Positions 9,320 to 20,408 of a DNA stretch of 64,000 nt are shown piece after piece. The translations under genes were made by a program, and so were the position numbers. This stretch comes from a bacterium (GTDB lineage Bacteria; Patescibacteriota; Minisyncoccia; Minisyncoccales; JAGLPU01): contig DAOVZN010000002.1 of NCBI GenBank assembly GCA_030635055.1, positions 17,481-81,480 on the forward strand, read 5' to 3'. Every line of letters begins with the position of its first letter. The stretch's first letter is position 1. The notes under the pieces were generated by a model, which saw only the letters and a program-made list of their open reading frames with translations, was not told the origin of the DNA and did no database searches.

Positions 9320-9565
9320 ATGAAAAAAGATATTCATCCTAAATACTATAGCAAGGCAACTGCTAAATGCGCTTGCGGGAACACTTTTGACATTGGTTCC
9401 ACTAAAGAATTCATTGAAACTGAAGTGTGTTCTCAATGCCATCCTTTTTATACGGGTAAGACAAAAATTATGGACACTATGGGAAGAGTGGATAAATTCA
9501 AAAAGAGGCTGGAAAAAAAGCAAGGCGTTAAAGCTAAAAAAACAAGAGAAAAGAGTAAAAAATAA
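9320..9565 (+). CDS. rpmE: 50S ribosomal protein L31 (Zn-binding form)
   Basis: [29 protein letters not shown]. Confidence 0.97.
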   Translation: MKKDIHPKYYSKATAKCACGNTFDIGSTKEFIETEVCSQCHPFYTGKTKIMDTMGRVDKFKKRLEKKQGVKAKKTREKSKK

Positions 9566-10629
9566 TGCCTAGCGTTAGTGAACTTAAAAAAGAATATCAG
9601 GAAATATTAAATAAGCTCAGTGATCCTGAGCTTATTTCTGATTGGGAAAAATTTGAAGAACTTTCCAAAAGAAAAACTTCTTTGGAAAAAACCATAGAAA
9701 AAGAAAAAGAAATTGAAGATATTAAAAATCAAATTGAAGAAAATAGAGCAATCTTAAGTGCCAATGAAGATGCAGAATTTTCCAGCCTGGCCCAGGAAGA
9801 ATTAAATTCCCTGCTAATCAAGCAAAAGAATATGGAAACAGAACTGGAAAAAGAATTAAATCCAGAAGAATCAGTTGAAGAGGTAAGTCCAGAAAAACAA
9901 AACAATACAATAATTATGGAGATTAGAGCCGGAACAGGAGGAGATGAGGCCGCCTTATTTGCGGCCAATCTTTATCGGATGTATTCCCGCTATGCTCAAA
10001 TCAAAGGCTGGAAAGAAAAGGTCTTGAATTCTTCTCGTAACGAAATTGGAGGAACCAAGGAAATAAGCTTTGAGATCAAAGGAGATGACGTCTTTGCTTC
10101 TCTTAAATACGAAGGAGGAGTCCATCGAGTCCAGCGGATACCGGAAACTGAAAAAAATGGCAGAATTCATACTTCCACAGCAACTGTAGCAATTATGCTC
10201 CGACCTAAAAAAACGGAAATAAAAATAAGCTCGGCAGATTTAAGAATTGATATTTTTAGATCTTCCGGACCGGGAGGCCAAAATGTTAATAAAAGAGAAA
10301 CAGCCATCAGAATTACTCATTTGCCAACAGGAATGGTTGTAGCTTCCCAAACAGCCAGGAATCAACTGGCAAACAAAGAAAACGCCATGGCCATTTTAGA
10401 GGCACGATTACTGGAAAAAAAACGGACTGAAGAGGAAGAAAAAAGTGCCGGAAATAGAAAAGCTCAAGTCGGCTGGGGAACAAGATCAGAGAAAATAAGA
10501 ACCTATAATTTCCCCCAGGACAGAATTACGGACCATCGCATCAAAAAAAACTGGCACAATATTGAAAAAATCATGGCCGGAGAAATGGACCAGATTGTTA
10601 CGAGCTTGAAAAAAGGATTAGCAGAATAA
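9565..10629 (+). CDS. prfA: Peptide chain release factor 1
   Basis: EIRAGTGGDEA, GVHRVQRIPET (PxT motif), GPGGQNVNK, EKIRTYNFPQDR. Confidence 0.96.
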   Translation: MPSVSELKKEYQEILNKLSDPELISDWEKFEELSKRKTSLEKTIEKEKEIEDIKNQIEENRAILSANEDAEFSSLAQEELNSLLIKQKNMETELEKELNPEESVEEVSPEKQNNTIIMEIRAGTGGDEAALFAANLYRMYSRYAQIKGWKEKVLNSSRNEIGGTKEISFEIKGDDVFASLKYEGGVHRVQRIPETEKNGRIHTSTATVAIMLRPKKTEIKISSADLRIDIFRSSGPGGQNVNKRETAIRITHLPTGMVVASQTARNQLANKENAMAILEARLLEKKRTEEEEKSAGNRKAQVGWGTRSEKIRTYNFPQDRITDHRIKKNWHNIEKIMAGEMDQIVTSLKKGLAE

Positions 10630-10659
10630 AAAAAGGACGCTGGATTACAGCGTTTTTCA

Positions 10660-12147
10660 TTAGAATATCAATCCATTGCAATAGGAAGACATAGTTCCTT
10701 TATCAATAAAAGCCTGTATACAATCGGCTCGGTTAGCCACTTGTCGGGCATAACTACTTGAACCTCCATAATATCTGGAAGCTGCGTTAGCTTCTGATGT
10801 TCTAGTTTGGGCAGAAGCGCCAAGATCATATAAATATAAAGCGGAAGCAGTAAAAGCGTCTTTTATATTCCAAGGATTGGGAATATCGCTACCTGTATAG
10901 GATTTGACTCTGTCTTCAAATAATACCCAAGTGCTGGGAATAAACTGTGCCGGACCCATTGCTCCGCCAAAGCCAAAAGGCACATATCCGCTCTTGTAAC
11001 AATTGATGTTTCCGCTGTTATCTACCGAGGCTCCGCAAAAAGACGAATTATTTATGCAATTTGGAATCCAGCAAGAAACAGGGGTTTTTGTAAAATCCAT
11101 TCCTAGTTTTTCCGTTATTTCTAGAAAAGGCGGTAAATCACGGATATAGTGTATAATCCGGTCTACCGGCTTGCCGCTTTTATAAATACCACCGCCTCTT
11201 TCTGCATCAGTTATATAACACTGACCTACATTCCTTCCAAGAGCAGACTCCTGGCTGATTATAGCTAGCAAAAAAGCAGGACGAATTTCGACCCTGTCAG
11301 TGACAAGCTTGGCAATGCTGATAGCTTCACCAAAAGTCGGCGCGTCAGGAACTCCTACTAACTTGAAAATCCGGGCCGCAATCTCAGCTGCCGCAATTTC
11401 TGCTTCCTCTTTCTCTACAAGAGATTTTTGATACTCAGCTTCTGTCATTTTAAGTAGACCCTCATGCTCTTTTTTTACATTGGCATTTTCCTTTTTCTGA
11501 ATACTGTTAATGCTTACTGTTTTTTCCAATCCTATTTTTTCGCCATCCAAAGAAACTTTTTGGTTCTCTAAATAATATTTTAAATCTTTTACATTTTCCA
11601 ATAACTCTTTACTTTCAATATTTAACGCCTCTAAAGCCACTAAATCGTTAAAAAAATCAGAAAGTTTATCTTCCTCGAAAAATACCTCTACGATTGATTT
11701 CTGGTCTTCTTTGTGGATTGTTCTTAAAATATTACCCAGTTTCTCTTTAGAATCCTCAATCCCTAAAGAAGTTTTATCAATAGAAACTTCCGTATCTTCA
11801 ATCTGTAAGCTTAAGTCTTCAATCATTAAACTACTTTGATAAATTTGATAATCTAAGTTTTTAATTTTGTTGCCCAAAGTATAAATTTGGTTTTGCAGAG
11901 TTTTCTTTTCCTGGCTGGTTTTAGTTAAATCCTTTTCAATCCTAATACTTTCTTCTTCATAATAATCTTGGCATTTTTCCAATAATTTTTGATAATCTTC
12001 TCTGGATAAAATATTTTCCTGCTTTTCAATATTATCCAAGGCGCAAGTATTTTCTAAATCTTCTTGAGCAAAAAGAAAAAAAGCCGGCAAAATTAAAGCC
12101 GGCAATACAACGAATAAGAAAATTAATTTTGAAGCGCGGAAAAACAT
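10660..12147 (-). CDS. Secreted coiled-coil protein with a C-terminal lytic transglycosylase (MltB/SLT_2-like) domain
   Basis: Signal/TM N-terminus, long coiled coil, AIISQES catalytic Glu, GAMGPAQFIPSTW. Confidence 0.8.
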   Translation of the reverse strand: MFFRASKLIFLFVVLPALILPAFFLFAQEDLENTCALDNIEKQENILSREDYQKLLEKCQDYYEEESIRIEKDLTKTSQEKKTLQNQIYTLGNKIKNLDYQIYQSSLMIEDLSLQIEDTEVSIDKTSLGIEDSKEKLGNILRTIHKEDQKSIVEVFFEEDKLSDFFNDLVALEALNIESKELLENVKDLKYYLENQKVSLDGEKIGLEKTVSINSIQKKENANVKKEHEGLLKMTEAEYQKSLVEKEEAEIAAAEIAARIFKLVGVPDAPTFGEAISIAKLVTDRVEIRPAFLLAIISQESALGRNVGQCYITDAERGGGIYKSGKPVDRIIHYIRDLPPFLEITEKLGMDFTKTPVSCWIPNCINNSSFCGASVDNSGNINCYKSGYVPFGFGGAMGPAQFIPSTWVLFEDRVKSYTGSDIPNPWNIKDAFTASALYLYDLGASAQTRTSEANAASRYYGGSSSYARQVANRADCIQAFIDKGTMSSYCNGLIF

Positions 12148-12156
12148 ATGTTTTAA

Positions 12157-12813
12157 TTATTTTTCTTTATCTCCTTCCGGTTCCACTTCTTCTTTCTTTT
12201 CTTCTACCTTTTCCACTTCTTCTACCTTTTCTTCAATCGGTTTTTCGAGCTCTTCATCTACTTTTGCTGGAGGAGTGACTGAAGCCACAATTTCATTTTC
12301 CTCTTTTAAAACCTCTACTTCCTTGGGAATATCTAAGTCTTTAATCAAAATATTGTCTTCAAATGTCTCTAATTTTTCTATGTTTACTTTAATCTCATGA
12401 GGAAGATTTTGTGGCAAGGCCTTAACTTCAATTTCTTGGATATTTTTAACTAAAGTTCCTTCAAGGTTTTTAACTGCAGGCGATTCTCCGATAAACTCCA
12501 AAGGAACAGCAGCCTCTGTTTCTTTTTTCAAATTCGGCTTGTACAGGTCGACATGTATAATTTCATCTGTCAATGGATGATGTTGAATGTCGTGAATCAA
12601 AATTAATGATTCTTCTTTTCCTCCTTCGATCTGTAAAGGAATTAAAGAACTTTCCCCTGCTTTCTGATAAATCTTTTTAAACTCTTTTAAGTCAACTTTC
12701 AAAGACAAATTTTCCGTCCCTACTCCATATAAAACAATAGGCAAAAAACCCTTCTTCCTTAGAGCCGATGGAGTTTCCTTTTTATCTCTAATTTTTGCTA
12801 CAAGAACTGACAT
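12157..12813 (-). CDS. rplY: 50S ribosomal protein L25/Ctc
   Basis: LRKKGFLPIVLYG, IQHHPLTDEIIHVDLY, Ctc C-terminal domain with acidic tail. Confidence 0.93.
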   Translation of the reverse strand: MSVLVAKIRDKKETPSALRKKGFLPIVLYGVGTENLSLKVDLKEFKKIYQKAGESSLIPLQIEGGKEESLILIHDIQHHPLTDEIIHVDLYKPNLKKETEAAVPLEFIGESPAVKNLEGTLVKNIQEIEVKALPQNLPHEIKVNIEKLETFEDNILIKDLDIPKEVEVLKEENEIVASVTPPAKVDEELEKPIEEKVEEVEKVEEKKEEVEPEGDKEK

Positions 12814-12874
12814 AATGTTTATATTTGATTAATTTGAATATTAAGAGTTTACCATTTTCTCTAAAAAAAGCAAG

Positions 12875-13783
12875 TTATTTCTGATAAATCTGCAAAGCCT
12901 GTTTAATAGTTTTATTTTCTACGGTTATAGCGTAAATTGCATTACACATCCTGACTGCTTCGGCCAAGCTTTTTTGATGGATGTTTCTTCCGGTAGCATT
13001 TCCGCAAGCGCCGCTCTGAATCTGATCGCAAAGCCGCTGTAGAAAAGATTCCACATCAGTAGAAGAACCGCCGGCACAAACGACGCCGGTTCTGCCAGCG
13101 GCGGCAACCGCTTCTTTAAAAATTTCTTTTGATTCTTTCCCTGCCTGTTTGGAATAATTAACTTTAACAAAGTCAGCTCCTAAACATACTGCCGCTCCAG
13201 TAGCTCCAGCAATTAAATGCGGATCTTTCTCGTCAGCAACAGCTTTTCCTCGCGGATAAATCCAAAGGACTGTTAGTAATCCATATTGATGAGCTTGATA
13301 AACCGCCTGTGCCGCTTTTTTCAACATTTCTCTTTCGTATTCGCTGCCGAGATAAATAGTAAAACCCACGGCCAAAATTTTTAATCCTGAGTTTTTTTGA
13401 AACTCAACTACCTGTTCAACTTCGGTTATATTGTCATTATAGGGATCCTGCTGAGCCGTTTTCACCAGATTCGTTTTAGAGTTAAGCTTCACTAAATACG
13501 GAACCTTCTTATAATCTTCTCCATATTTGGCGACAAGCCCCAACTGAGTGGCGAACACTCCAATCTTTGCCTTGCCGGCAATTCTAAAAAGGTGCTCGGG
13601 ATTTGCGTCATCAACATGAATCCCTTTGCCGTAAAAATCATTATTAAGATGCTCTAATTTTTGGTCACCGGCAAAAAGCATTAACCTTCCCGAATTTCGG
13701 GTAATATCTAAATAGTTTTTAATATATTTCGCCTTAAATTTTTTAGGAACATCTAAGGGAACTTTAATGTCTGTTTTTTTCAT
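12875..13783 (-). CDS. Class I (DhnA-type) fructose-bisphosphate aldolase
   Basis: FAGDQKLEH, VLWIYPRG, LGADFVKVNY (Schiff-base Lys), ATGRNIHQ. Confidence 0.88.
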   Translation of the reverse strand: MKKTDIKVPLDVPKKFKAKYIKNYLDITRNSGRLMLFAGDQKLEHLNNDFYGKGIHVDDANPEHLFRIAGKAKIGVFATQLGLVAKYGEDYKKVPYLVKLNSKTNLVKTAQQDPYNDNITEVEQVVEFQKNSGLKILAVGFTIYLGSEYEREMLKKAAQAVYQAHQYGLLTVLWIYPRGKAVADEKDPHLIAGATGAAVCLGADFVKVNYSKQAGKESKEIFKEAVAAAGRTGVVCAGGSSTDVESFLQRLCDQIQSGACGNATGRNIHQKSLAEAVRMCNAIYAITVENKTIKQALQIYQK

Positions 13784-13800
13784 ATTTTTATTTATTTTAA

Positions 13801-14679
13801 TTATAGTTTTTCTATTTTATCTACTAAATTCTGATTGCCCACATAAACCGGAGTTCTTTGGTTCAAGTTTTTCGGCTCAATTTCTAAAATTGATTTCTCT
13901 CCGTTGCTTGAAGCACCGCCGGCCTGTTCAATTATCAAAGACATAGGAAAAGCCTCAACTAGCAGCCTTAATTTTCCTTGCGGTTTGCTGGTTAAGGCCG
14001 GATAAGAAAATATTCCTCCGTAATGGAGCACCTGGTTAAAGTCTCCCACAAACGAACCTCCATAGCGCAGTTTAGAACCTTTATTCTCTAATCCTTCAAT
14101 ATACTCCTTGAATTTTGGCAACCAATCTTTGCGCAATCCGCCAATGCTGTATAATCGGCCTGGCTCCGGGATCTTAATGTTTTCCTCCCTCAATACAAAT
14201 CCTTCTTTGGTCCACAAAAATTCATGAACGCCGTTTAAGGTCGTATAAACCAAAGTTGTTGTCGGACCGTATAGAATATACATGGCGGCTACTTGATGCT
14301 TTCCCTGAGTTGGCAAATCTTCCTTATATATCCCCACTATTATTCCCACTGAATTATTGGTCTCAATATTTGAAGAACCGTCCAAAGGATCTAAAGTAAC
14401 ATTATATCTTCCCTGCTTATTAATTTCCACTATATCCGGATGCTCTTCCGACACTATTGTTTTAACTATTCCCGTCTTTCTTAATTCATCAATCAAGCAT
14501 TCATCCGCCCATTTATCGGCGACTAACTGAACTTCACCAAAAACATTCTTAGTGTCTGCCTTGCCCCGACGATAAGGAAGCTCACTGCTAATAATATTCG
14601 CAATCTCGCCTATTTTAATAATCAAAAAAGCAAGCTCGCTGTCTGTTGTTTCTAAGTGCTCTTTTAAAGTTTTGGCCAT
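13801..14679 (-). CDS. fbp: Fructose-1,6-bisphosphatase class I
   Basis: VSEE, DPLDGSSN, LRYGGSFVGD, GKLRLLVEAFP. Confidence 0.93.
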   Translation of the reverse strand: MAKTLKEHLETTDSELAFLIIKIGEIANIISSELPYRRGKADTKNVFGEVQLVADKWADECLIDELRKTGIVKTIVSEEHPDIVEINKQGRYNVTLDPLDGSSNIETNNSVGIIVGIYKEDLPTQGKHQVAAMYILYGPTTTLVYTTLNGVHEFLWTKEGFVLREENIKIPEPGRLYSIGGLRKDWLPKFKEYIEGLENKGSKLRYGGSFVGDFNQVLHYGGIFSYPALTSKPQGKLRLLVEAFPMSLIIEQAGGASSNGEKSILEIEPKNLNQRTPVYVGNQNLVDKIEKL

Positions 14680-14683
14680 AAAT

Positions 14684-17059
14684 TTATTCAGCTAAATTTA
14701 AAATAGTTTTAATTACTGTCGCTGGATTCAAGGACATCGACTCAATACCTTGGTCCGCTAAAAACTTGGCAAACTCCTTATAAGTTGAAGGGGCTTCTCC
14801 GCAAATGCCAATATATTTCTTTCTTCTTTTGCAGACTTTAATAACCTCGGCAATCATTTTTTTGACTGCTTCGTTGCGTTCATCGCCGATATAAGCGATA
14901 TTGGCGTTATCTCTGTCTAAGCCTAAAGAAAGCTGAGTCAAATCGTTGGAACCAATGCTCATCCCGTCAAAAATATCCAAAAACTCGTCAGCTAAAATCA
15001 CATTAGCAGGAATTTCGCACATTACAACAACTTCTAATCCATTTTCCCCTTTAGTTAGGCCGAATTCTTTCATCAAATGTAAAACCTGCTTCCCTTCCGC
15101 CACTGTCCGGCAAAAAGGAATCATAACGGCAACATTGATCAAACCAAAAATTTCTCTGACTCTTTTTATTGCCTGACATTCCATTTTAAAAGCCGGCTGA
15201 TATCCTTTATCTAAATAACGGCAAGCTCCCCTAAAGCCCATCATTGGATTTGCTTCCTCTTTTTCAAACAATTCTCCGCCGATTAAATTTTTATACTCAT
15301 TGGTTTTGAAATCCGAAAGTCTGACAATAACTTTCTTGGGATAAAAAGCCGCCGCAATCTGAGCGACTCCCTCGGCCAATTCTTTAACAAAATAATCTCT
15401 TTTGTTTTGGTGTTCTATGGTAATTTCTTTAATTTCTTTAATAATCGGCCCTACCTTAATCCTCGGCCCAAAATCCAATAACTTATCATAATGATACAAG
15501 GCCAAAGGATGAATTCTAATTTTTTCAGCGATAATAAACTCCTCTCTGGCCAATCCAACTCCATCATTGGGCAAAAAAGAAGTTTTAAAGGCAATTTCCG
15601 GCGCGGCAATATTAATCATTATTTTAGTCTTGAGCTTGGGAATTTTTTTCAAATCATACTTCTTGACTTCAAAAGGAATTTTGTCCTGATAAACTCTACC
15701 ATAAAGGCCTTGAGTACAATCGGCCGTTACAATCTGCCCTGTCTTCAAGATACTGGTGGCATTTTTTGTTCCCACTATGCAAGGTATGCCCAATTCTCTG
15801 GCAACTATGGCCGAATGGCAAGTCTTTCCTCCCTCATTGGTAATAATTGCCGCCGCCTGACGCATTATTGGAACCCAATCAGGATCAGTAATTTTAGTCA
15901 CTAAAATTTCTCCCGGCTTAAAATCAGCAATTTTAGCAACATCAGGGATAACTCTTACTTTCCCTTGTCCAATTTTCTCGCCAATGGCAATACCGGTTAG
16001 AATTGGCTTGTTTTTGGTTTTTATCTTATACTCCTCATAGGACTTGATATTCAAAGCATGAATTGTTTCCGGCCTGGCCTGAACAATAAACAACTGGCCA
16101 GTCTGACCGTCTTTTGCCCATTCAATATCTTGAGGCCGTCCATAATGCTTTTCAATCTGGCAGCCCCATTTAGCCAAAGTCAGAATGTCCTTATCTTCCA
16201 AAGAAAACCTTAATTGGTCTTTCGGTTTGACCGCAACTTCTTTAATCCCGCTATTTTTATCGTAAATATATTTTTTGTTTTTTCTGCCTAAATTCTTTAA
16301 AAAGATGGACTTATATCCCTGCTTTAAGGTCGGCTTGAAAACAAAAAATTCATCTGGCGTAATTCTCCCCTGGACAATCATCTCGCCAATCCCCCAGATG
16401 GAATTGATCAAAACCGCCTCGCGAAAACCGGTTTCCGTATCCAAAGTGAACATTATCCCGGAAGAAGACAAATCGCTTCTAATCATTTTTTGAACACCAA
16501 CTGAAAGAGCAACTTCCATATGCTTGAATCCTTTTCCCTCCCGGTAAGAAATTGCCCTGTCAGTAAATAAAGAAGCAATACATTTTTTAACTGTTTGCAA
16601 CAAGTTTTTTTCTCCAAAAACATTAAGATAAGTTTCGTGCTGACCCGCGAAACTGGCATCGGGCAAATCCTCGGCCGTAGCCGAAGAACGAACAGAGACA
16701 TCAACATTTTTTTGTTTATATTCTTTAGACATTCGGCGATAATTTTCCCTGATGTCTTTTTCCATGTCTGCGGGAAACTTAGCTCCCAAAACCAGTTTGC
16801 GCGCAGCCAAACCTGTCTTCTGAAGGTTTTTGATATCTCCCGGTTTGAATTTTTTAAAAATCTCTTTCAGTTTTGCATCTATTTTATTCGCTTTTAAAAA
16901 ATACCAATAAGCGTCAGCAGTTAAAATAAAACCATTGGGAATATTAATTCCTTTTCTTATTAATTCAGAATACATCTCTCCCAAAGAAGCGTTCTTGCCT
17001 CCAACTAATGGAACATCTTTAGAGCAAACTTCTGAAAACCATAGAATGTTTTTTTTCAT
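14684..17059 (-). CDS. ppsA: Phosphoenolpyruvate synthase
   Basis: VGGKNASLGEM, VRSSATAEDLPDASFAGQ, GGKTCHSAIVARELG (phospho-His), SIGSNDLTQ. Confidence 0.96.
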   Translation of the reverse strand: MKKNILWFSEVCSKDVPLVGGKNASLGEMYSELIRKGINIPNGFILTADAYWYFLKANKIDAKLKEIFKKFKPGDIKNLQKTGLAARKLVLGAKFPADMEKDIRENYRRMSKEYKQKNVDVSVRSSATAEDLPDASFAGQHETYLNVFGEKNLLQTVKKCIASLFTDRAISYREGKGFKHMEVALSVGVQKMIRSDLSSSGIMFTLDTETGFREAVLINSIWGIGEMIVQGRITPDEFFVFKPTLKQGYKSIFLKNLGRKNKKYIYDKNSGIKEVAVKPKDQLRFSLEDKDILTLAKWGCQIEKHYGRPQDIEWAKDGQTGQLFIVQARPETIHALNIKSYEEYKIKTKNKPILTGIAIGEKIGQGKVRVIPDVAKIADFKPGEILVTKITDPDWVPIMRQAAAIITNEGGKTCHSAIVARELGIPCIVGTKNATSILKTGQIVTADCTQGLYGRVYQDKIPFEVKKYDLKKIPKLKTKIMINIAAPEIAFKTSFLPNDGVGLAREEFIIAEKIRIHPLALYHYDKLLDFGPRIKVGPIIKEIKEITIEHQNKRDYFVKELAEGVAQIAAAFYPKKVIVRLSDFKTNEYKNLIGGELFEKEEANPMMGFRGACRYLDKGYQPAFKMECQAIKRVREIFGLINVAVMIPFCRTVAEGKQVLHLMKEFGLTKGENGLEVVVMCEIPANVILADEFLDIFDGMSIGSNDLTQLSLGLDRDNANIAYIGDERNEAVKKMIAEVIKVCKRRKKYIGICGEAPSTYKEFAKFLADQGIESMSLNPATVIKTILNLAE

Positions 17060-17060
17060 T

Positions 17061-19004
17061 TTATTTCTGCGTTTTAATTACTTTTTTAATTGCTTCCACG
17101 CTTTCCGCATTGGCTAAGGTGGAGAGGTCTCCCAAATTCTCGCCAGAGAATAATTTCCTTAAAATCCGACGCATTATTTTACCGCTTCTTGTTTTGGGTA
17201 AATCAGCAACCAGATAAACTTTCTTTAAAGAAGCAATCGGCCCTATTTCTTTCCTCACTTGTGTTTTAATTTCCGTTTCCAAAACTGCTAGAGATTTTTT
17301 CGTCCCGGAAATTATAAAAGCAATCGGCGCCTGCCCTTTAATCTTGTCTGGAATTCCAATTACCGCACTTTCAGTAATATCTTTTAATTGATTTATGGCG
17401 TCTTCCAGCTCGCCAGTGGTCAAACGATGTCCGGCGACCTTAATCACATCATCAGATCGGCCCACAATCCTGATTAAGCCTTTTTTATCTTTATAGGCGG
17501 TATCACTGGTAAAATAGATCTTTTTACCAAACTGTGACCAATAAGTTTTTACATATCTTTCTGGATTTTTATAAACTCCGCGCAATAAGCCGGGATTAAA
17601 AGGAGGCAAAATCACTAAATTCCCCTCTTTATTGGGAGGCAGAGACTTGCCTTCGTCGTCTAAAATATCAACTTTCACTCCAGGGAAAGGCAAACCGGTA
17701 AAGCAAGGCTTAAACGGACCGATGCCTGGCAAAGAAGTCATTATAATACCTCCTGTTTCAGTCTGCCACCAAGTATCAACCAAAGAACATTTTCCTTTAC
17801 CAACCTCTTCAAAAAACCAATTCCAGGATGATTCGTCAATCGGCTCTCCCACTGAACCGATAATTCGCAAGCTATCAAATTTATACTTATTAAGACTGCC
17901 TAATGTTTTAATGAACATTCTGACTGCCGTGGGAGCGGTGTAAAAAATCGTTGCTCCGTATTTCTCAATTGTCTGAGCCCAGCGATCAGGGCTCGGCCAA
18001 CTTGGCAAGCCTTCAAAAATAACAAAAGTGGCGCCGTTAAGTAACGGTCCGTAGCAACTATAAGTATGTCCAGTAACCCATCCCACATCAGCGGTTGACC
18101 AGAAAATATCATCTTCTTTCAAATCAAAAATGTATTTGGCCGTGGCATATGCCTGAACTGCATATCCTCCGCAAGCTTGAACCGTTCCTTTGGGCTTCCC
18201 AGTACTACCGCTGGTATAGAGTATGAATAACAAATCTTCAGCGTCCATTATTATTGGCTCACAAGAATCGCTTTCTTTTTGAGTCAAATCATGCCAAAAA
18301 TAATCTCTATTCTTTTTCATTGAAATTTCATTCTTGGCGCGTTGAACAACCACTATTTTTTTAACATTTGTTCCTTCAACCCCTTTATCCGCGTTTTGCT
18401 TTAAATTAACAATCTTTCCTTTTCGGTAGTAACCGTCAGCAGTAATTAAAACTTTTGTCTGAGTGTCTTGTAAGCGCAACTTCAAGGCTGTCGGACTGAA
18501 AGCGGAAAAAACAACCGCATGAATTGCTCCGATTCTGGCACAAGCCAGCATAGATATCATTGCTTCCGGAATCATCGGAAGATAAATTCCCACTTTATCG
18601 CCTTTTTTAACTCCCATTCTTTTAAGAACATTGGCAAAGCGGTTAACTTCTTTTAAAAGTTCGTAATAGGTTATTATCCTTGGTTTTTCTTCCAAAGGTT
18701 CCGGCTCCCAAATTAAAGCAACTTTGTTCTTGATTTTATTAAAACCCAAGGTATTTTCTTCAAAAATACTCGCAGTAATATTGGTTTTTCCGTTGACGAA
18801 CCATTTGAAGTAGGGCGGTTTATGAGAAAAAACCTTCTGCCATTTCTTAAACCAAAAAAGCTCTTTAGCTTGTTTTTCCCAAAATTTAAGAGGGCTTTCT
18901 TTATAAATAGAATTATCTTTTAGCCAAGCTTTTTTCTTAGTCTCAGCTCCGGGGAAATACGAGTTTCCTTTTTTTATCAACTTTGCCGGAATTTTTTTAG
19001 CCAT
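17061..19004 (-). CDS. acs: Acetyl-CoA synthetase (AMP-forming)
   Basis: YTSGSTGKPKG, DTWWQTETG, GRSDDVIKVAGHRL, LPKTRSGKIMRR. Confidence 0.95.
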   Translation of the reverse strand: MAKKIPAKLIKKGNSYFPGAETKKKAWLKDNSIYKESPLKFWEKQAKELFWFKKWQKVFSHKPPYFKWFVNGKTNITASIFEENTLGFNKIKNKVALIWEPEPLEEKPRIITYYELLKEVNRFANVLKRMGVKKGDKVGIYLPMIPEAMISMLACARIGAIHAVVFSAFSPTALKLRLQDTQTKVLITADGYYRKGKIVNLKQNADKGVEGTNVKKIVVVQRAKNEISMKKNRDYFWHDLTQKESDSCEPIIMDAEDLLFILYTSGSTGKPKGTVQACGGYAVQAYATAKYIFDLKEDDIFWSTADVGWVTGHTYSCYGPLLNGATFVIFEGLPSWPSPDRWAQTIEKYGATIFYTAPTAVRMFIKTLGSLNKYKFDSLRIIGSVGEPIDESSWNWFFEEVGKGKCSLVDTWWQTETGGIIMTSLPGIGPFKPCFTGLPFPGVKVDILDDEGKSLPPNKEGNLVILPPFNPGLLRGVYKNPERYVKTYWSQFGKKIYFTSDTAYKDKKGLIRIVGRSDDVIKVAGHRLTTGELEDAINQLKDITESAVIGIPDKIKGQAPIAFIISGTKKSLAVLETEIKTQVRKEIGPIASLKKVYLVADLPKTRSGKIMRRILRKLFSGENLGDLSTLANAESVEAIKKVIKTQK

Positions 19005-19094
19005 TATTTATTAGAGTTTGCTCTAAACCAAGTTTAGCACAAACTATTATTGTTTATTCTTCTAAATAGTATAACAAATTTCATGAAAACAAAC

Positions 19095-19127
19095 AAAACT
19101 GACAGAGGCCCAGCCTCTGTCAGTTTT
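19095..19127. terminator. Hairpin/terminator between gap and acs
   Basis: Perfect 15-bp stem AAAACTGACAGAGGC-CCA-GCCTCTGTCAGTTTT. Confidence 0.75.
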
Positions 19128-19152
19128 ATTGTAATTCTTTTATCAACGGTGA

Positions 19153-20160
19153 TTAAAGCTTCTCGCCTATTAGTTCGGCAAATTCCGCCATACGGGTTGC
19201 GTAGCCGCATTCATTATCATACCAAGCAACAACTTTAACTAAATTATCTTTAACCATTGTTAAGGGAGCGTCTACAATAGAAGAAAAAGAATTGCCAACA
19301 TAATCGGAAGAAACTAAAGGAGTTTCTTCAACCGCAAAAATTCCCTGGAAATATTTCTCTTGAGAAGCTTTGATAAAAGCGTTGTTTACCTCTTCAGTGC
19401 TAGTCTGTTTTTCCACTTCGCAAACCAAATCCACTATGGAAACAGTGGCAGTGGGAACACGCAAAGCAATCCCGTCCAGTTTCCCTTCCAGCTGTGGCAG
19501 AGCTTTGCCGATAGCCTTGGCCGCTCCGGTAGTAGTAGGGATAATGTTTACTGCTGCCGCCCTAGCTCTGCGCAAATCTTTATGCGGAGCATCTAAAAGC
19601 CGCTGGTCACTGGTATAGCTATGAATAGTAGTCATAAATCCTCTCGCTATTTTAAATTTCTCGTCCAACACTTTCGCTACCGGAGCTAGACAATTGGTGG
19701 TGCAAGAGCCCATATCCATAATATCTGTTTTAGTTAAATCAAGCTCTTCTTCGTTTATCCCTAATAAATAAGAAGGAACACCCTCTCCTTTGCCCGGAGC
19801 TGAAATAATTACTTTCTTAGCGCCTGCGTCAATGTGTTTTTTTGCTCCTTCAATTGTTCTGAAAAAACCCGTGCATTCCAAAACAACATCTATCTCCAAT
19901 TCTTTCCAAGGCAACTCAGCCGGATCTTTCTCAGCGAATATTTTTATCTCATTATCATCAACTGAAATACTGTTTTTCGTAGACGCAACATTTTTTCCGT
20001 AAATCCCAAACAAAGAATCATATTTCAGTAGATGGGCCAATGTTTTAGAATCGGTAAGGTCATTAATCGCCACCACTTCCAAATTAGGATGGCGGTCAAT
20101 TATTTGTTTGAACACTAAGCGGCCAATTCGGCCGAATCCATTGATTGCAATTTTAGTCAT
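19153..20160 (-). CDS. gap: Glyceraldehyde-3-phosphate dehydrogenase type I
   Basis: INGFGRIGR, GSCTTNCLAP, WYDNE. Confidence 0.97.
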   Translation of the reverse strand: MTKIAINGFGRIGRLVFKQIIDRHPNLEVVAINDLTDSKTLAHLLKYDSLFGIYGKNVASTKNSISVDDNEIKIFAEKDPAELPWKELEIDVVLECTGFFRTIEGAKKHIDAGAKKVIISAPGKGEGVPSYLLGINEEELDLTKTDIMDMGSCTTNCLAPVAKVLDEKFKIARGFMTTIHSYTSDQRLLDAPHKDLRRARAAAVNIIPTTTGAAKAIGKALPQLEGKLDGIALRVPTATVSIVDLVCEVEKQTSTEEVNNAFIKASQEKYFQGIFAVEETPLVSSDYVGNSFSSIVDAPLTMVKDNLVKVVAWYDNECGYATRMAEFAELIGEKL

Positions 20161-20163
20161 ATT

Positions 20164-20400
20164 TTATTCTTCAATATTTAATAGTTCACAAAGCTTTTTC
20201 CTATCGAAACCAATTATCATTTCTCCGTCAATTTCCACTACAGGAACCGCCATTTGCCCTGATTTTTCCACCATTCTTTTCTGCTCCTCTTCGTTTTGAG
20301 AAACATCAATATCTTCAAATTCTATATTATGCTGTTTTAAAAATTCTTTTAAAGTATAACAATAGGGACAAACTGGCGTGCTGAATACTTTTACTTCCAT
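20164..20400 (-). CDS. Glutaredoxin/NrdH-like redoxin
   Basis: CPYC active site, SGQMAVPV, IIGFD. Confidence 0.9.
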   Translation of the reverse strand: MEVKVFSTPVCPYCYTLKEFLKQHNIEFEDIDVSQNEEEQKRMVEKSGQMAVPVVEIDGEMIIGFDRKKLCELLNIEE

Positions 20401-20408
20401 AGTTTCTT